A stretch of 58,231 nucleotides of DNA from an uncultured Nitrospirota bacterium. Its GTDB lineage: Bacteria > Nitrospirota > Nitrospiria > SBBL01 > CAZSHZ01. The notes beneath the pieces are model-generated. The model saw only the letters and a list, made by a program, of their open reading frames with translations. It was not told where the DNA came from and ran no database searches. Positions 33,795-42,201 of this stretch are shown piece by piece. The translations under genes were made by a program, and so were the position numbers. The stretch's first letter is position 1, and each line of letters opens with the position of its first letter. The stretch covers positions 1-58,231 of the forward strand of contig CAZSHZ010000093.1 in NCBI GenBank assembly GCA_964606955.1, in the 5' to 3' direction.

Positions 33795-34745
33795 ATGAGC
33801 GTGATTGTTTTCATCCTGGCATTTTTCATCTCAACGGCTGTCCGGGCCGAGCCGGTCTACACGGCGGATGAGAAAGGGGGGACGATCTCGGCGGTCGATG
33901 CCGAGACCGGGGAGTTGATCGGCCGGCTCGAGGGGCTGGCCGCGCCGCATAACATTCATCTCGGACCAGACGGCCTTCTCTACGCAACGGAGGGGAAGGC
34001 CGATCGCGCGGTCCGGATCGATCCGAAAAAGTTGGCGATCGAGGCTCGTTTTCAGACCGGAAAAGCCCCCGCCCACATTTTCGTCACGCCGGACCGAAAA
34101 TATATCCTTGTCACCAACACCGGCTCGGACGACCTGTCGGTCATCAACTACAACTCCCTCTTTACGGTCCGCCGGCTCGCGGTGGGAGACGGTCCGCACG
34201 GGCTGTCCGTCTCCGCAGACGGCCGGTGGGCGTTCGTCCCCAACTGGAACAGCGGGGATCTGGCGATCGTCGATCTGGCCGAGCTGAAGCTCGCCGCGCG
34301 CATCCCAATCGGCAAGGTCGGCGTTCAGTCATGGGTCACCCCCGATGGCCGGTTCATCTTCGTCACCGATCTGAAGTCAAACAGCGTCTCTAAGATCGAT
34401 GTGGCCGGCCGGAAGGTCGTCGCCACAATCCCGGTCGGCGAGGCCCCCGCGCAACTGGCGGTGACCCCCGACGGGAAGTGGATGATCTCCTGCGACCAGA
34501 AATCGGGAACGATCACCGTCGCGGAGGTGGAGAGCGGGCGGGTCGTCAAAAAGGTGCCTCTGGGGAAATGGCCGCATGGGATCTCTTTCTCCGCCGACGG
34601 CCACTTCGCGTATGTGAGCAATACCGAAAGCAATGATCTGTCGGTGGTCGATCTTGAAAAACTGGTCGAGGTCAGACGGATCTCTGTCGGCCTCGGACCG
34701 AACGGCGTGGCGGCCAGTTATCCGATTCGTCCGCAGAAACCCTAG
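33795..34745 (+). CDS. YVTN-family beta-propeller repeat protein (secreted)
   Basis: Signal peptide. Repeated units of the form Y(V/A)(T/S)NxxSxxLSV(I/V)D and P(H/A)G(L/I)xx(S/T)PDG. Confidence 0.75.
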   Translation: MSVIVFILAFFISTAVRAEPVYTADEKGGTISAVDAETGELIGRLEGLAAPHNIHLGPDGLLYATEGKADRAVRIDPKKLAIEARFQTGKAPAHIFVTPDRKYILVTNTGSDDLSVINYNSLFTVRRLAVGDGPHGLSVSADGRWAFVPNWNSGDLAIVDLAELKLAARIPIGKVGVQSWVTPDGRFIFVTDLKSNSVSKIDVAGRKVVATIPVGEAPAQLAVTPDGKWMISCDQKSGTITVAEVESGRVVKKVPLGKWPHGISFSADGHFAYVSNTESNDLSVVDLEKLVEVRRISVGLGPNGVAASYPIRPQKP

Positions 34746-34796
34746 TCTCCTTTACTTTTTCTCATTCTGATATTATGATGTTGTTTCGCTCTTATC

Positions 34797-35717
34797 ATGA
34801 ACGAGAATTCCCTTAAATCGATCTTAAAAAAGATCGCCTACCCGGACGACGCCAAGGTCATGCAGCAGATCGTCGACCAGCAACTGGCTGTGAAACTCCG
34901 GATGGGTCAGGTCAAGCGGAAGATCGTTGTCCTCTCGGGCAAGGGGGGGGTCGGCAAAAGCATGACGACCGTGAACCTCGCCCTCGCCTTCGCCCGGAAG
35001 GGGCACAAGGTCGCGATCCTCGATGTCGATCTGAACGGGCCGTGCGTGCCGAAGATGCTCGGGATAGCCGGGAAACGGTTCGAGATCACTCCGGAAGGGG
35101 CGATCCCGCCGGTCGGGCCGCTCGGGATCAAGGTCGGCTCGATGGACTTCTTCCTCTCGGATGAGACGGCGCCGGTCCGCTGGAAAGGGCCGATGGACCT
35201 CTCGCCGGTCTGGCTCGGGATGATGGAGATGAGCGTGATCCGCGAATTTTTGGCCGATATCGTCTGGGGCGAGGTCGATTTTCTCTTCACCGATCTCCCC
35301 CCGGGTGCCGCCGCTGATAAGCCTCCGGTGATCGCCTCGTTCATCCCGGAACTCGACGGCGCGGTCGTCGTGACGACCCCTTCCGAGGTCGTAAAGAGCA
35401 TCGTGAAAAAATCGATCGTCTACGCCCGCGACTTGGGGATCCCGATCCTCGGGATGATCGAGAACATGAGCGGCGCCTTCTGCCCGAACTGTTCCACCGA
35501 GGTCCATTTTTTCGACAGCGATTCGCAGGCAATGGCCGAGGAGTTGTCGGTCCCGTTTTTGGGAAAGATCCCGTTTGATGGCGAGATCTCCCGGGCCTGC
35601 GATCGGGGCGAGCCGCTGTTGGATTCCGATCACCCGATCGCGCGGCGCTTCACCGAGATTGCGGAGAAGATCGAGCAATTCCTCTCGTTTAAAAGACTAC
35701 TGGCGGAAAAACTATAG
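34797..35717 (+). CDS. Mrp/NBP35/ApbC-family Fe-S cluster carrier ATPase
   Basis: Deviant Walker A LSGKGGVGKS and the CxxC motif (FCPNCS) following GMIENMS. Confidence 0.9.
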   Translation: MNENSLKSILKKIAYPDDAKVMQQIVDQQLAVKLRMGQVKRKIVVLSGKGGVGKSMTTVNLALAFARKGHKVAILDVDLNGPCVPKMLGIAGKRFEITPEGAIPPVGPLGIKVGSMDFFLSDETAPVRWKGPMDLSPVWLGMMEMSVIREFLADIVWGEVDFLFTDLPPGAAADKPPVIASFIPELDGAVVVTTPSEVVKSIVKKSIVYARDLGIPILGMIENMSGAFCPNCSTEVHFFDSDSQAMAEELSVPFLGKIPFDGEISRACDRGEPLLDSDHPIARRFTEIAEKIEQFLSFKRLLAEKL

Positions 35718-35730
35718 CGGAGATGCGAAA

Positions 35731-36423
35731 ATGAAGTTTGTCTGCATGAAATGCGAAAAATTCATGATGTTCGAGAAGGTGGAAAATCCGGCCTCCGAAT
35801 CGCTCGGCGTGACGTTCGGCTGTCCGAGTTGCGGGAACAAGGTGGCGATGGTCACAAACCCGGGCGAGACCAGCCTCGTTCATGCGCTCGGCGTCAAGCT
35901 CGGGGGGCGGACCGCGGCGGCGGAGCCGATGGAGCTGACACGCGAGACCTTAAAGGAGGGGGCGCCGGCGACGACGGCCGCCGCGACGGCGACCGCGGTA
36001 GAAGCCGCGGTTGAAAAGTCGGGGGGCACCTGTCCCTTTTCATCGATGCTCGCCGGAATGGGGGGGGCGGAGGGCGCAAAGGAGACCGGCCCGGGACCGA
36101 TCTCCTGGTCGGCCGAGGCCGAGGAGCGCCTCTCCAAGATCCCGACATTCATGCGGCCCATGGTCCAGATGGGGATCGAGGCCTACGCAAAAAAGAACGG
36201 CGTCTCGATGATCACGGCGGAGGTCATGGACGCCTCGCGCAACGATTCCGCAGAGCTGGTCTGGACGGCGGCCGCCGAGTCCCGGCTTTCAAACATCCCC
36301 TCGTTCATCCGGCCGATGGCGCGCAAAGAGATCGAGCGGATCGCCAAGGAGAAGGGGTACAAGCAGATCGACGAGAGGATGATGGACGAGGCGAAAGAGA
36401 AGTTCATGTCGATGGGATATTAA
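35731..36423 (+). CDS. zinc-ribbon protein with two PCP_red-like (protochlorophyllide reductase subunit-B C-terminal-like) domains
   Basis: Start at ATG 35731 (MKFVCMKCEKF...GCPSCGNK gives CxxC...CxxC). Ala-rich linker, then the duplicated units ISWSAEAEERLSKIPTFMRPMVQMGIEAYAKKNG and LVWTAAAESRLSNIPSFIRPMARKEIERIAKEKG. Confidence 0.55.
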   Translation: MKFVCMKCEKFMMFEKVENPASESLGVTFGCPSCGNKVAMVTNPGETSLVHALGVKLGGRTAAAEPMELTRETLKEGAPATTAAATATAVEAAVEKSGGTCPFSSMLAGMGGAEGAKETGPGPISWSAEAEERLSKIPTFMRPMVQMGIEAYAKKNGVSMITAEVMDASRNDSAELVWTAAAESRLSNIPSFIRPMARKEIERIAKEKGYKQIDERMMDEAKEKFMSMGY

Positions 36424-36446
36424 AAAGCGGAAGGGGGCACGCCCGA

Positions 36447-37139
36447 ATGCCGACCGCCGGCGAGACCTTCGTCCATGAACTGGAACAGGAGATCCTCAAA
36501 CATCCGGCGGTCCATCACCCCTTCTTAAAACGGTTTGCCTCCGAGCCGCTCTCGCTCGATCAGATCCGGACGTTCGGGCTTCAGCATTACCAGTTGGTAA
36601 AGGTCTTCGTGAACTACATGACGAATCTCCTCCCGAAGATCCCGGATAAAGACGCCGCGCGGCTCTTCCGGGTCGTCTTCAACGACGAGTACGGCCAGTG
36701 GACGATCTTCCGCAGCCATCCCGCACTCTACCGGAATTTTTTACGCGCGCTGGGGCTCCCCGACGAGGCCTGGGGGCGCGTGCCGCTCCTCCCCGAAACC
36801 TCGGGATATATCGAGGGACATATGCGGTTGACCCGCGAGGGGGACTTTCTCGTCGGCTTAGGCGCGATCGGGCCTGGGCATGAGTTCTCGATTCCGACGA
36901 TGTTCGCCTATCTGGTGAAGGGGTTTAAGAAGAACAGCGGCCTGTCGCCCTCCGAGATAGAGTACTTCACGATGCACATCGAGGAGGATGTCGAGCACGC
37001 GAAGGTCTTCAACGAGCTGATCGTCCGGCACGCCGCCCCCGAGGAGAATCAGAAGAGAATCCGCGACGGCGTGATGACCTCGCTCCGCTGGCGCACGCAC
37101 TTCTGGGACGGCTGCTCCCGCGCGGTATTCGGGGGCTGA
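36447..37139 (+). CDS. haem-oxygenase-like iron-containing redox enzyme family protein (TenA/PqqC/CADD-like fold)
   Basis: HPAVHHPFLKRFASEPLSLDQIRTFGLQHYQLVKVF..., the later EFSIP...HIEEDVEHA pattern with E/H ligands, and size (230 aa). Confidence 0.6.
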   Translation: MPTAGETFVHELEQEILKHPAVHHPFLKRFASEPLSLDQIRTFGLQHYQLVKVFVNYMTNLLPKIPDKDAARLFRVVFNDEYGQWTIFRSHPALYRNFLRALGLPDEAWGRVPLLPETSGYIEGHMRLTREGDFLVGLGAIGPGHEFSIPTMFAYLVKGFKKNSGLSPSEIEYFTMHIEEDVEHAKVFNELIVRHAAPEENQKRIRDGVMTSLRWRTHFWDGCSRAVFGG

Positions 37140-37371
37140 GCCCAACAGAGGAGAGTCCACATGACCTACGACATCTATCGTTCATTGATGATCGAAAGAA
37201 AAGATAAAAGTGGTGGCAATACTTTCGGAAGAATCAACGCAGTGAGGAAAGCCTTGACCGATCTCGGGATTCACCTCTCAAAGTAAGCAGCATCCCACAT
37301 CAGGCCTTTCGGAGCTTCTTTCTACCTCTCTCGACGGAAGCAAAGCAAACTGGACGCAACTGTATCAAGTT

Positions 37372-37385
37372 GCTACAATCGTAGC
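37372..37385 (+). promoter_or_regulatory. palindrome GCTACAATCGTAGC overlapping an extended -10 (TGCTACAAT) upstream of the antitoxin gene
   Basis: TACAAT at 37374-37379 is preceded by TGC. The 5-bp arms flank it, the position expected for an autoregulated toxin-antitoxin operator. Confidence 0.4.
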
Positions 37386-37401
37386 CACGAGGGGGAAAAC
37401 G

Positions 37402-37665
37402 ATGAAGTTTGCCAACGTGAGGGAATTAAAAAATAAGACTTCAGCGGTCCTGCGAAGAGCGGAAAAAGACGATGTGGTGATCACCTCGAAGGGAAAACCT
37501 CGGGCGATTATCACCGGAATCACCGAAGAGGACTTCGATGACTATCTCCTGGAGCGCAGCCCGAAACTCATCCAGGCCCTGGAGGACGCCTGGACCGAAT
37601 ATCTAAAAAAGGGCGGAATCAGTCTCGAAGAATATCTGAAGAAACGAAAGCGCAGGGGTGGATAA
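37402..37665 (+). CDS. Phd/YefM-family type II antitoxin
   Basis: MKFANVRELKNKTSAVLRRAEKDDVVITSKGKPRAIITGI is a typical Phd/YefM N-terminus. 87 aa. Confidence 0.85.
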   Translation: MKFANVRELKNKTSAVLRRAEKDDVVITSKGKPRAIITGITEEDFDDYLLERSPKLIQALEDAWTEYLKKGGISLEEYLKKRKRRGG

Positions 37666-37825
37666 ATTTTCCCTGGCGCTCTCTCCCGCCGCTCAGCGCG
37701 ATCTTGATCGGTTGGAGGAGAGAGTAGTCCAGACCGTTAATGGTCACCTTCACGTACTCCGCGAGAACCCCTTCCCTAGGGGCAAACTCATCAAAAAGAT
37801 CAAAGGAAAAGGCTCGGAATTCTAG
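37658..37825 (+). pseudogene. truncated RelE/ParE-family toxin remnant (N-terminal about 55 codons only)
   Basis: GTG at 37658 overlaps the antitoxin stop. It encodes VDKFSLALSPAAQRDLDRLEERVVQTVNGHLHVLRENPFPRGKLIKKIKGKGSEF then TAG. This matches the N-terminal half of RelE/ParE toxins but lacks the catalytic C-terminal half. Confidence 0.55.
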
Positions 37826-37852
37826 CGGAAAAATTCCTCCGAAACCTTTAAA

Positions 37853-38294
37853 TCAGACCTCCAGCCAGAAGGTGGCCGGGCCATCGTTTTCGATCTCGAC
37901 GAGCATCGAGGCCCCGAACCGGCCGGTCCGGACGGGACGGCCGGTGACCTGCTGCAGGCGGTCGCAAAAGAACCGGTACAGCCGCTCCGACTCGGGCGGC
38001 TTCATCGCCCGTTCAAAGCCGGGGGCGTTTCCCCTTTCGTAAGTCGGCGCAGAGCGTAAATTGCGAGACCACGAGGGACTCGCCGCCGATCTCCTCATTT
38101 GACAGATTCATTTTCCCGGCCGGATCGTCAAAAATCCGGAGACCAGAGATCTTCTTTGCCATCGCCTCGGCGCTCGCGTCCGTATCCCCGCTTGCAACAC
38201 CGAGGAAGATGACGATCCCGCGGCCGATCTCGGCGTGAATGTCCCCGGCGATCCGAACCGCGCCGCGGCGAACGCGCTGGATCAGCGCCTTCAC
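37853..38294 (-). pseudogene. dtd: D-aminoacyl-tRNA deacylase interrupted by a 1-nt frameshift in a G5/C5 run (or an assembly error)
   Basis: ORF 38013-38294 gives MKALIQRV...VVSQFTLCADLRKGKRP. ORF 37853-38098 continues in another frame with GFERAMKPPESERLYRFF...TGRFGASMLVEIENDGPATFWLEV. Deleting one G from GGGGG at 38021-38025 restores ...KRPGFERAM... Confidence 0.8.
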
Positions 38295-38299
38295 CGGAT

Positions 38300-39466
38300 T
38301 CAGGAAAACAGCCCTTTGAAATTCCTCCCCGGGACGATCTTCCCGAGGACGACCGGGTGCGTCGCTCCGGTCGCCGACGGGACGTTCGACGGCTCCCCCG
38401 TGGCGGTCTGGTAGGCGAAGAGCGCAAAGGCCGTCGCCTCGATCGCACGGCTGGCAAAACCAAAATCCTCAAAGGTTCGGAGCGGGATCGGTGCGACCCT
38501 TTCTGCGAGCATCCGCATCAGCGTCGGATTATGTCCCCCGCCCCCTCCCACGATCATCTCCGCCGCCGGCTCCTTCGGAAGAAAGGTTCTCACGTTATAG
38601 GAAATCGCATCCGCCGTGAAGGCGGTCGCGGTGGCGATGAGGTCGGCGGTTGAAAACCTGCCTCCCATCGAGCGGAGCCGTTCGATCATCGGGAGCCCGA
38701 ATACCTCCCGGCCGGTCGTCTTCGGAGGGCGGGACCGGACAAACGGATGCCGCACCAGACACGCCAGAAGCGGCCGGACCACCCTCCCAGAGGCGGCCAC
38801 CCTCCCTCCCCGGTCCATCGCCCTCTTCCCTCTCGAGAGATCGTGGACCAGGCCGTCGATCAACATGTTCCCGGGACCGACGTCGAAGGCCAGAATTCGG
38901 TCGAACCGCCCACCGGGAGGGAGATAGGTCACATTCGAAATCCCTCCGATATTGACGACGATCCGCGCCGTTCGATCGCCTGAAAAGAGGATGGCGTGCA
39001 GAAATGGCGTCAGCGGCGCCCCCTGCCCGCCGGCGGCGAGGTCGCGCGGCCGAAAATCTGCGATGGTGGTAATTCCGGTCCGCTCCGCAATGACGGAGGG
39101 CTCGGCGATCTGCAACGTCGAGCGGATGGCAAACCCGGCGTCCTTCCGGGGGACCGGGAGGTGATGCACGGTCTGACCGTGCGAGCCGATCAGGGCGACC
39201 TCGTCAAGGGGGACCTCGGCCTCTTCGGCGATCTTCATCGCCGCCCGGGCGAAGAGTTCTCCGAGCAAAAAGTTGAAATGGCAGATCTGCGCCACCGATC
39301 CGCTCGCCTGCGCCGCGATCAGCCGCCTTTTCACGCCGGCAGGATAGGGATAGGTCTTGAAACGGATAAGGCCGATTTTCGGGTGCGGGGCCCTCCCAGA
39401 AATCTCGACGAGGGCCGCGTCAATCCCGTCGGTTGAAGTCCCCGAGATCAGCCCGATGACCTTCAC
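38300..39466 (-). CDS. anmK: anhydro-N-acetylmuramic acid kinase
   Basis: MKVIGLISGTSTDGIDAALVE N-terminus and the full-length AnmK pattern (388 aa). Confidence 0.9.
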   Translation of the reverse strand: MKVIGLISGTSTDGIDAALVEISGRAPHPKIGLIRFKTYPYPAGVKRRLIAAQASGSVAQICHFNFLLGELFARAAMKIAEEAEVPLDEVALIGSHGQTVHHLPVPRKDAGFAIRSTLQIAEPSVIAERTGITTIADFRPRDLAAGGQGAPLTPFLHAILFSGDRTARIVVNIGGISNVTYLPPGGRFDRILAFDVGPGNMLIDGLVHDLSRGKRAMDRGGRVAASGRVVRPLLACLVRHPFVRSRPPKTTGREVFGLPMIERLRSMGGRFSTADLIATATAFTADAISYNVRTFLPKEPAAEMIVGGGGGHNPTLMRMLAERVAPIPLRTFEDFGFASRAIEATAFALFAYQTATGEPSNVPSATGATHPVVLGKIVPGRNFKGLFS

Positions 39467-39525
39467 CAGGGCAAATTATCTCCTCCACCCTTGCGAAAGT
39501 AAAGGCGGCTCTATAGGATGGGACG

Positions 39526-40446
39526 ATGCGGCCGACCTTCCGAAACTCTTGTTGTCCTGCGGTTTTTCTCTTATTTCTCATCTCGGCGCCGGCCGAAGCA
39601 AAGGTCAAGGTGGTGGCGACCCTCCCCGTGCTGAAGGATTTCGTCGAGGCGGTCGGGAAAGAGCGCGTGGAGGTGAGAAGCCTGATCAGCGGCCTGGAGA
39701 GCGAGCACACCTATACGCCACGCCCTTCCGATCTTGCCACGGTGGCCGAAGCGCGGATGCTGGTCAAAATCGGCCTCGGTCTTGAGATCTGGGTGGATGG
39801 GCTCGTGAAAAACGCGGGGAACTCAACGCTCCTGGTGATCACGACGTCGGACGGGGTTCCGCTGCTGCGGGATCAGGCGGGGGAAGAACATCGAGAGCGA
39901 AGGAGGTTCAAGGAGCGGCATTCGATGGGGAATCCGCACATCTGGCTGGACCCGGAGAATGCGAAGATCATGATCCGCCACATCACCGCGGGGCTGATTA
40001 AGGTCGATCCGGAGAATCGAGCGGCCTACCTGAAAAACCAGTCGGACTTCTTCGAGCAGATCGACTCACTTGAGCGGACGCTCAAAAGGCGGGTGAGCCT
40101 CCTTCCGGACCGGAGGATCATCACGCATCATCCGGCCTGGCCCTACTTCGCCCGCCGCTTCGGGTTCGTGATCGTAGGGAACATCCAGGCACAGGTCGGG
40201 AGCGAGCCCTCGGCGCGCCGCCTCTCTCAACTGATCGACCGGATCCGGCGGGAGAAGATCCGCGTGGTCGTTTCGGAGCCGCAACTCTCCCCTCGCATCC
40301 CCGACACGCTCCGGCGCGAGACCGGGGTAAAGGTCGTGCTCCTCTCTCCGCTTCCCGGCGCGATCCCGGGGACCGAGAGTTATCTGAAACTAATCTCCTA
40401 CTCTGTCGGCGTTCTGGCCAACGCCCTGGAAAAGGACCGGACATGA
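39526..40446 (+). CDS. metal ABC transporter substrate-binding protein (ZnuA/TroA/MntC cluster 9 family)
   Basis: Signal peptide, VVATLPVLKDFV, EHTYTPRPSD, GNPHIWLDP and the HPAWPYFARRFG motifs of the family. Confidence 0.85.
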   Translation: MRPTFRNSCCPAVFLLFLISAPAEAKVKVVATLPVLKDFVEAVGKERVEVRSLISGLESEHTYTPRPSDLATVAEARMLVKIGLGLEIWVDGLVKNAGNSTLLVITTSDGVPLLRDQAGEEHRERRRFKERHSMGNPHIWLDPENAKIMIRHITAGLIKVDPENRAAYLKNQSDFFEQIDSLERTLKRRVSLLPDRRIITHHPAWPYFARRFGFVIVGNIQAQVGSEPSARRLSQLIDRIRREKIRVVVSEPQLSPRIPDTLRRETGVKVVLLSPLPGAIPGTESYLKLISYSVGVLANALEKDRT

Positions 40447-41222
40447 GGCCGGCGATCATCTGCGAAGGGGTCACGGTCGCCCTCGGCCGGCGCGTGATTC
40501 TTGAAAATCTTACGATGGAGGTCGCGCAGGGGGAATTCGCCGGCATCATCGGCCCGAACGGCGCGGGAAAAACGACGCTCCTGCGGGCGATCCTCGGCCT
40601 GGTCCCGCTCTCCGGCCGTCTGACAATCTTCGACTGCAATCACAAGGATCTCCGCTGCTCTCACCGCGCGCAGATGGGATATGTCCCGCAGAAGGAGCGG
40701 GTTGATCCGAATTTCCCGATCACGGTCTGGGAGGTAGCGGCGATGGGGAGATTCTCCTCGATCGGCCTTCTCCGCCGACCTGCTCTCCTTGACCGGAAGA
40801 TCGTTTCGGAGGCGCTGGAGGCGGTCGGGATGCTCGAGCGGGAGACGGCCCCCTTCGGAAGCCTCTCCGGCGGTCAGCAGCAGCGCGTCCTGAGTGCGCG
40901 GGCCCTGGCGCAGCAGCCCCGCGTCCTTTTACTGGACGAGCCGACCACCGGGGTCGACGCACCGACGCAGCACAGCATCCTCGAGTTGATCCGGCGGCTC
41001 CATCGGGAGAGAGGGCTGCTGGTCCTCTTCGTCACGCACGATATCAATCTGATCTCCCCCTTCGCCGACTCCCTGATCCTGCTGAACCGCCGCCTCTACG
41101 CCAAGGGACCCCGGGAGGGGGTTTTAAGAAAAGAGATCCTCCAGGAGGTCTACGGAAAGGAGGTGATCGTCACGTCCGACGCCGGGCGGTTCGTGATCAT
41201 CTCCGATCACCACCGCGGATAA
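40443..41222 (+). CDS. metal ABC transporter ATP-binding protein
   Basis: Walker A GPNGAGKTT, signature LSGGQQQR and Walker B LLLDEPT. 4-nt overlap with the binding-protein gene. Confidence 0.9.
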   Translation: MRPAIICEGVTVALGRRVILENLTMEVAQGEFAGIIGPNGAGKTTLLRAILGLVPLSGRLTIFDCNHKDLRCSHRAQMGYVPQKERVDPNFPITVWEVAAMGRFSSIGLLRRPALLDRKIVSEALEAVGMLERETAPFGSLSGGQQQRVLSARALAQQPRVLLLDEPTTGVDAPTQHSILELIRRLHRERGLLVLFVTHDINLISPFADSLILLNRRLYAKGPREGVLRKEILQEVYGKEVIVTSDAGRFVIISDHHRG

Positions 41223-41223
41223 G

Positions 41224-42057
41224 ATGTTCGATCTCCTTGCATACGGTTTTATGCAGCGCGCCCTTGCCGCCTCGATCGTCGTGGGACTTGTCTGCTCCAT
41301 CATCGGGGTCTTCGTCACGTTGCGGGGGCTCTCCTTCATCGGCGCCGGAACAGCCCACGCCGCCTTCGCGGGGGTCACGCTCGCTTATCTCGTCGGTCTC
41401 CCCCCCTTCCCCCTGGCCGTCTCGTTCAGCCTAGCCACCGCCTGGATCACCGGATTTTTGGAGCGGGCCGGAAAGATGAAGCTCGACGTTTCGGTCGGAA
41501 TCTTTTACACGACCACGATGGCGATGGCGGTCCTCTTTCTCGGAATGATGCAGGAGTACAATCCGGAGGTCTACGGATATCTCTTCGGGAGCATTCTCTC
41601 GGTCACCCAGGAGGATCTGATTGTGATCGTGATTCTCTCCATCGTCATCCTCGCCCTCCTCTGGGCATTCTTTAAAGAGTTTCACTTCATCACGTTCGAC
41701 CCGGAGATGGCGGAAGCGAGCGGCATTCCCGGCCGCCGGCTCTTTTTCCTTCTGCTGACTCTCATCTCGTTGACAATCGTCCTGGCGTTGAAGGCGGTCG
41801 GCGCGATCCTGGTCTTTGCCCTGATCGTCATCCCCCCAGCGGCCGCCCATCAGTTTGCCTTCAGTATGCGGGGGATGCTCCTCAGATCGGCCCTCTTCGG
41901 GGTCGGGTCGGCCGTCGCGGGGGTCTTCCTCTCCTATCTTTTTGACCTCCCCTCGGGGGCCACGATTGTCCTGATCGCCGCGGCCCTCTTTTTTCTCTCC
42001 GTCTTTGTCTCGCCCAAACGCCAAACATGGGGGCGGGTCGAAGGGCACGGCGGATAA
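41224..42057 (+). CDS. metal ABC transporter permease (ZnuB/TroC/MntB family)
   Basis: About eight TM segments. The FMQRALAASIVVGLVC start is typical of ABC-3 permeases. Confidence 0.9.
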   Translation: MFDLLAYGFMQRALAASIVVGLVCSIIGVFVTLRGLSFIGAGTAHAAFAGVTLAYLVGLPPFPLAVSFSLATAWITGFLERAGKMKLDVSVGIFYTTTMAMAVLFLGMMQEYNPEVYGYLFGSILSVTQEDLIVIVILSIVILALLWAFFKEFHFITFDPEMAEASGIPGRRLFFLLLTLISLTIVLALKAVGAILVFALIVIPPAAAHQFAFSMRGMLLRSALFGVGSAVAGVFLSYLFDLPSGATIVLIAAALFFLSVFVSPKRQTWGRVEGHGG

Positions 42058-42067
42058 AATTTTGGAC

Positions 42068-42096
42068 TTGACAGCCCGAAAAAGAAGGGATATAAG
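42068..42096 (+). promoter_or_regulatory. candidate sigma70-type promoter TTGACA-N17-TATAAG upstream of the giant multicopper oxidase gene
   Basis: TTGACA at 42068-42073, a 17-nt spacer, and TATAAG at 42091-42096. About 105 nt upstream of the ATG at 42202. Confidence 0.45.
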
Positions 42097-42201
42097 GAAA
42101 ATTCTCATGGTTTGGGAATCCTGTTCTTCAGTCCCGTTTCACCCGCAATTCTCTGACCGAGTTAAGTCAACGAACAGATTAAAATTGAAAAGGGGGGAAT
42201 A

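Noticed and set aside
37160-37285. 41-codon ORF (MTYDIYRSLMIERKDKSGGNTFGRINAVRKALTDLGIHLSK) with an AGGAG 8 nt upstream
   Set aside because: There is no recognisable family and it is very short. It may be real, since it lies in the AT-richer toxin-antitoxin patch, but I cannot support it from sequence alone.
39467-39525. Possible Zur/Fur/MntR box or promoter between anmK and the metal ABC binding-protein gene
   Set aside because: Only a weak TTGCGA-N17-TAGGAT is present. I could not see a convincing palindromic metalloregulator box.
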